NCBI GenBank assembly: GCA_038065635.1
Contig: JBBTQP010000067.1
Span: forward strand, 1-53,911
Reading direction: 5' to 3'
Length of the DNA: 53,911 bases
From: Patescibacteria group bacterium
Lineage (GTDB): Bacteria > Patescibacteriota > Patescibacteriia > 2-12-FULL-60-25
The notes under the pieces were generated by a model. That model made no database searches, was not told where the DNA came from, and worked only from the letters and a program-made list of their open reading frames with translations. Positions 52,504 to 53,911 of this stretch are shown in pieces (position 1 is the stretch's first letter; every line of letters begins with the position of its first letter). A program made the position numbers and the translations under genes.

Positions 52504-52584
52504 GTCATCCTCGCGGATGCGGGGATCAATGATACAAAGTGAATTATTCCTTTTGATCTGGATTCCCGTTTTCACGGGAATGAC
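52504..52584. repeat. family B palindromic repeat, complete copy
   Basis: gtcatcctcgcggatgcggggatca (52504-52528) and gatctggattcccgttttcacgggaatgac (52555-52584). Confidence 0.85.
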
Positions 52585-52590
52585 ACCTAT

Positions 52591-53841
52591 TCAACCCCCA
52601 TCCCCTCGCACTGTCCCCGCAATCTGCCTCCTAATCTTCTGCCTGAACATTGTCCGATTAACATACCCTGCCGCAAATACCGTCAAACTTGCCACGATTG
52701 ACTCGGTTGACCCCAATATTGCCAGCACCCAGCCGTTGCCTGTAATGGATCGAAAAAACGTAAACACGATTGCCGCAGCTATCGGTGAGGCAATTGCTCC
52801 TACGAATAATCCGAGTCGCGCCGGGTTAGTAAAATCCTGTATCAGCGCATACTTCAAAAGTCCCTGTCCCTGTCCGAGTTGCAACTTCCCCTCTTGAAGA
52901 AGCTTGGAATACGATTGACGATACATCTTGATCGATTGCAACGCCGTTGTGAGAGACAGAGCGACGGCCGATAATCCGAAAACGGCTCCGGCTAACGCCG
53001 TCCTTCCGGATTCAAGCAACGGTTCGACTTGAAACGCGCCGTATGTCGCGACGATGAATACCGGAATCAAGATACGAGATCTTTTTGCGAGCTGACGCCA
53101 CGTAAACCCTGAACCACGTAAAGCGAACAATTCCGCTGTTTCCGACAGGAGGTCGTCCGCCGTTGCCGCAAAAACTTTTCCGATTCCGGAAAGGAAATGC
53201 TCTAACGCGTGCGTAATCGGACCGATGACGAGAAGTGCTTTTATGATCGTCTGCGCCGTTTCCGTCCGCGTGTGAGCGTTGTCGAAAGTAACGCGATTCA
53301 CGATCGTATCGATTGCGTGCGGATATAAATCTCGATTAACTTCATCCATTATCTCCTGCTCGCGTTCGGTCAAACATTGATTTTCAAGTGCAACGAGCAC
53401 GATCTTCTTGAATTCAAAACGTTTTTCAAGAATAGATTTCGCGTCCTCATACAGATTAATCTCCCTTCCTTCGGCGAGCCGCAACTCTTCTTCGCTAAAA
53501 ACCGGAATCTCCCCGTCGCGCAGTAAACGCGGAAGCCACGGGATAATCGTGTTATGCTGTGTTTCGCGTGAGATGTGATCGACAGCTTTCAAAATTCGTT
53601 CCGGCGTTTTATCCATTGTTCGCACGCCTATACCAAAACCCTTCTCGAGCAACTTACGAAACGTTTCATGACGCGTTTGATTAACGGCCAAGACAAATCT
53701 AATTTCGATCGGCAAAAGCTCCCCGAACTCCAATTCGCGCGGACTCGTAACGACCGTGACATGATATCGATCGATAGACGGAATGCGCTTGAACGGAAAT
53801 ATCCGAGACCAAAACGAGGTCAGTTGTGACATGTAAACCAT
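52591..53841 (-). CDS. hypothetical membrane protein (cytoplasmic N-terminal domain of about 190 aa plus about 5 TM helices)
   Basis: 416-aa ATG ORF. No family recognised. Confidence 0.55.
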   Translation of the reverse strand: MVYMSQLTSFWSRIFPFKRIPSIDRYHVTVVTSPRELEFGELLPIEIRFVLAVNQTRHETFRKLLEKGFGIGVRTMDKTPERILKAVDHISRETQHNTIIPWLPRLLRDGEIPVFSEEELRLAEGREINLYEDAKSILEKRFEFKKIVLVALENQCLTEREQEIMDEVNRDLYPHAIDTIVNRVTFDNAHTRTETAQTIIKALLVIGPITHALEHFLSGIGKVFAATADDLLSETAELFALRGSGFTWRQLAKRSRILIPVFIVATYGAFQVEPLLESGRTALAGAVFGLSAVALSLTTALQSIKMYRQSYSKLLQEGKLQLGQGQGLLKYALIQDFTNPARLGLFVGAIASPIAAAIVFTFFRSITGNGWVLAILGSTESIVASLTVFAAGYVNRTMFRQKIRRQIAGTVRGDGG

Positions 53842-53861
53842 TGTATCACGAAGGCAGCTCT

Positions 53862-53911
53862 GTCATTGCGAGGAGTAGCAACGACGCGGCAATCTAATCA
53901 ACTGTCATTGC
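53862..53911. repeat. family A repeat arm, followed by the start of a second direct copy cut by the window edge
   Basis: gtcattgcgaggagtagcaacgacgcggcaatct (53862-53895), then gtcattgc at 53904-53911. Confidence 0.85.

Overview
This 53.9-kb fragment reads like a small-genome Patescibacteria/CPR-type bacterium. That placement is an inference from gene content and the pilin-type proteins, not a database result. It holds about 45 protein genes and one tRNA. Nearly all genes are on the minus strand and tightly packed, with several ATGA or 4-8 nt overlaps. Core GC is roughly 50-55% by hand counts of single 60-nt lines.

Housekeeping backbone: xseA/xseB, a UvrD/PcrA-like helicase, mltG, a PAP2 phosphatase, nth, gpmI, pyk, an HtrA-like protease, nrdR, ftsZ, ftsA, dgkA, ybeY, a yqeY-like gene, rpsU, hisS, lepB, a cyclophilin, a MetK-like protein and a Memo-like/CapA fusion.

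Accessory content:
1. An AT-rich restriction-modification locus sits at the left end. It has a circularly permuted m5C methyltransferase, a truncated vsr, and a putative endonuclease gene split at an A10 tract. An AT-rich NYN gene is wedged between xseA and xseB.
2. A mosaic island of about 7 kb lies between gpmI and pyk and is the only plus-strand block. It carries a GC-rich proline-rich membrane protein gene with its own promoter, SD and terminator, a trypsin-like protease, tRNA-Asp, two RelE-type toxin-antitoxin modules, an EVE-domain gene, and a relic second EVE 3' end.
3. The most striking region is a 13-kb locus in which two adjacent proteins (609 aa and 3,692 aa) share a VirB2/TrbC-like pilin N-terminal module fused to very large extracellular regions. 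These are followed by a small TM protein and two TSP3-repeat membrane paralogs that are translationally coupled into ybeY-dgkA.

Intergenic space is filled by several families of palindromic repeats. Two hairpins have an identical 41-nt loop but unrelated, perfectly complementary stems. No CRISPR array, rRNA, transposase, integrase or reverse transcriptase was seen.
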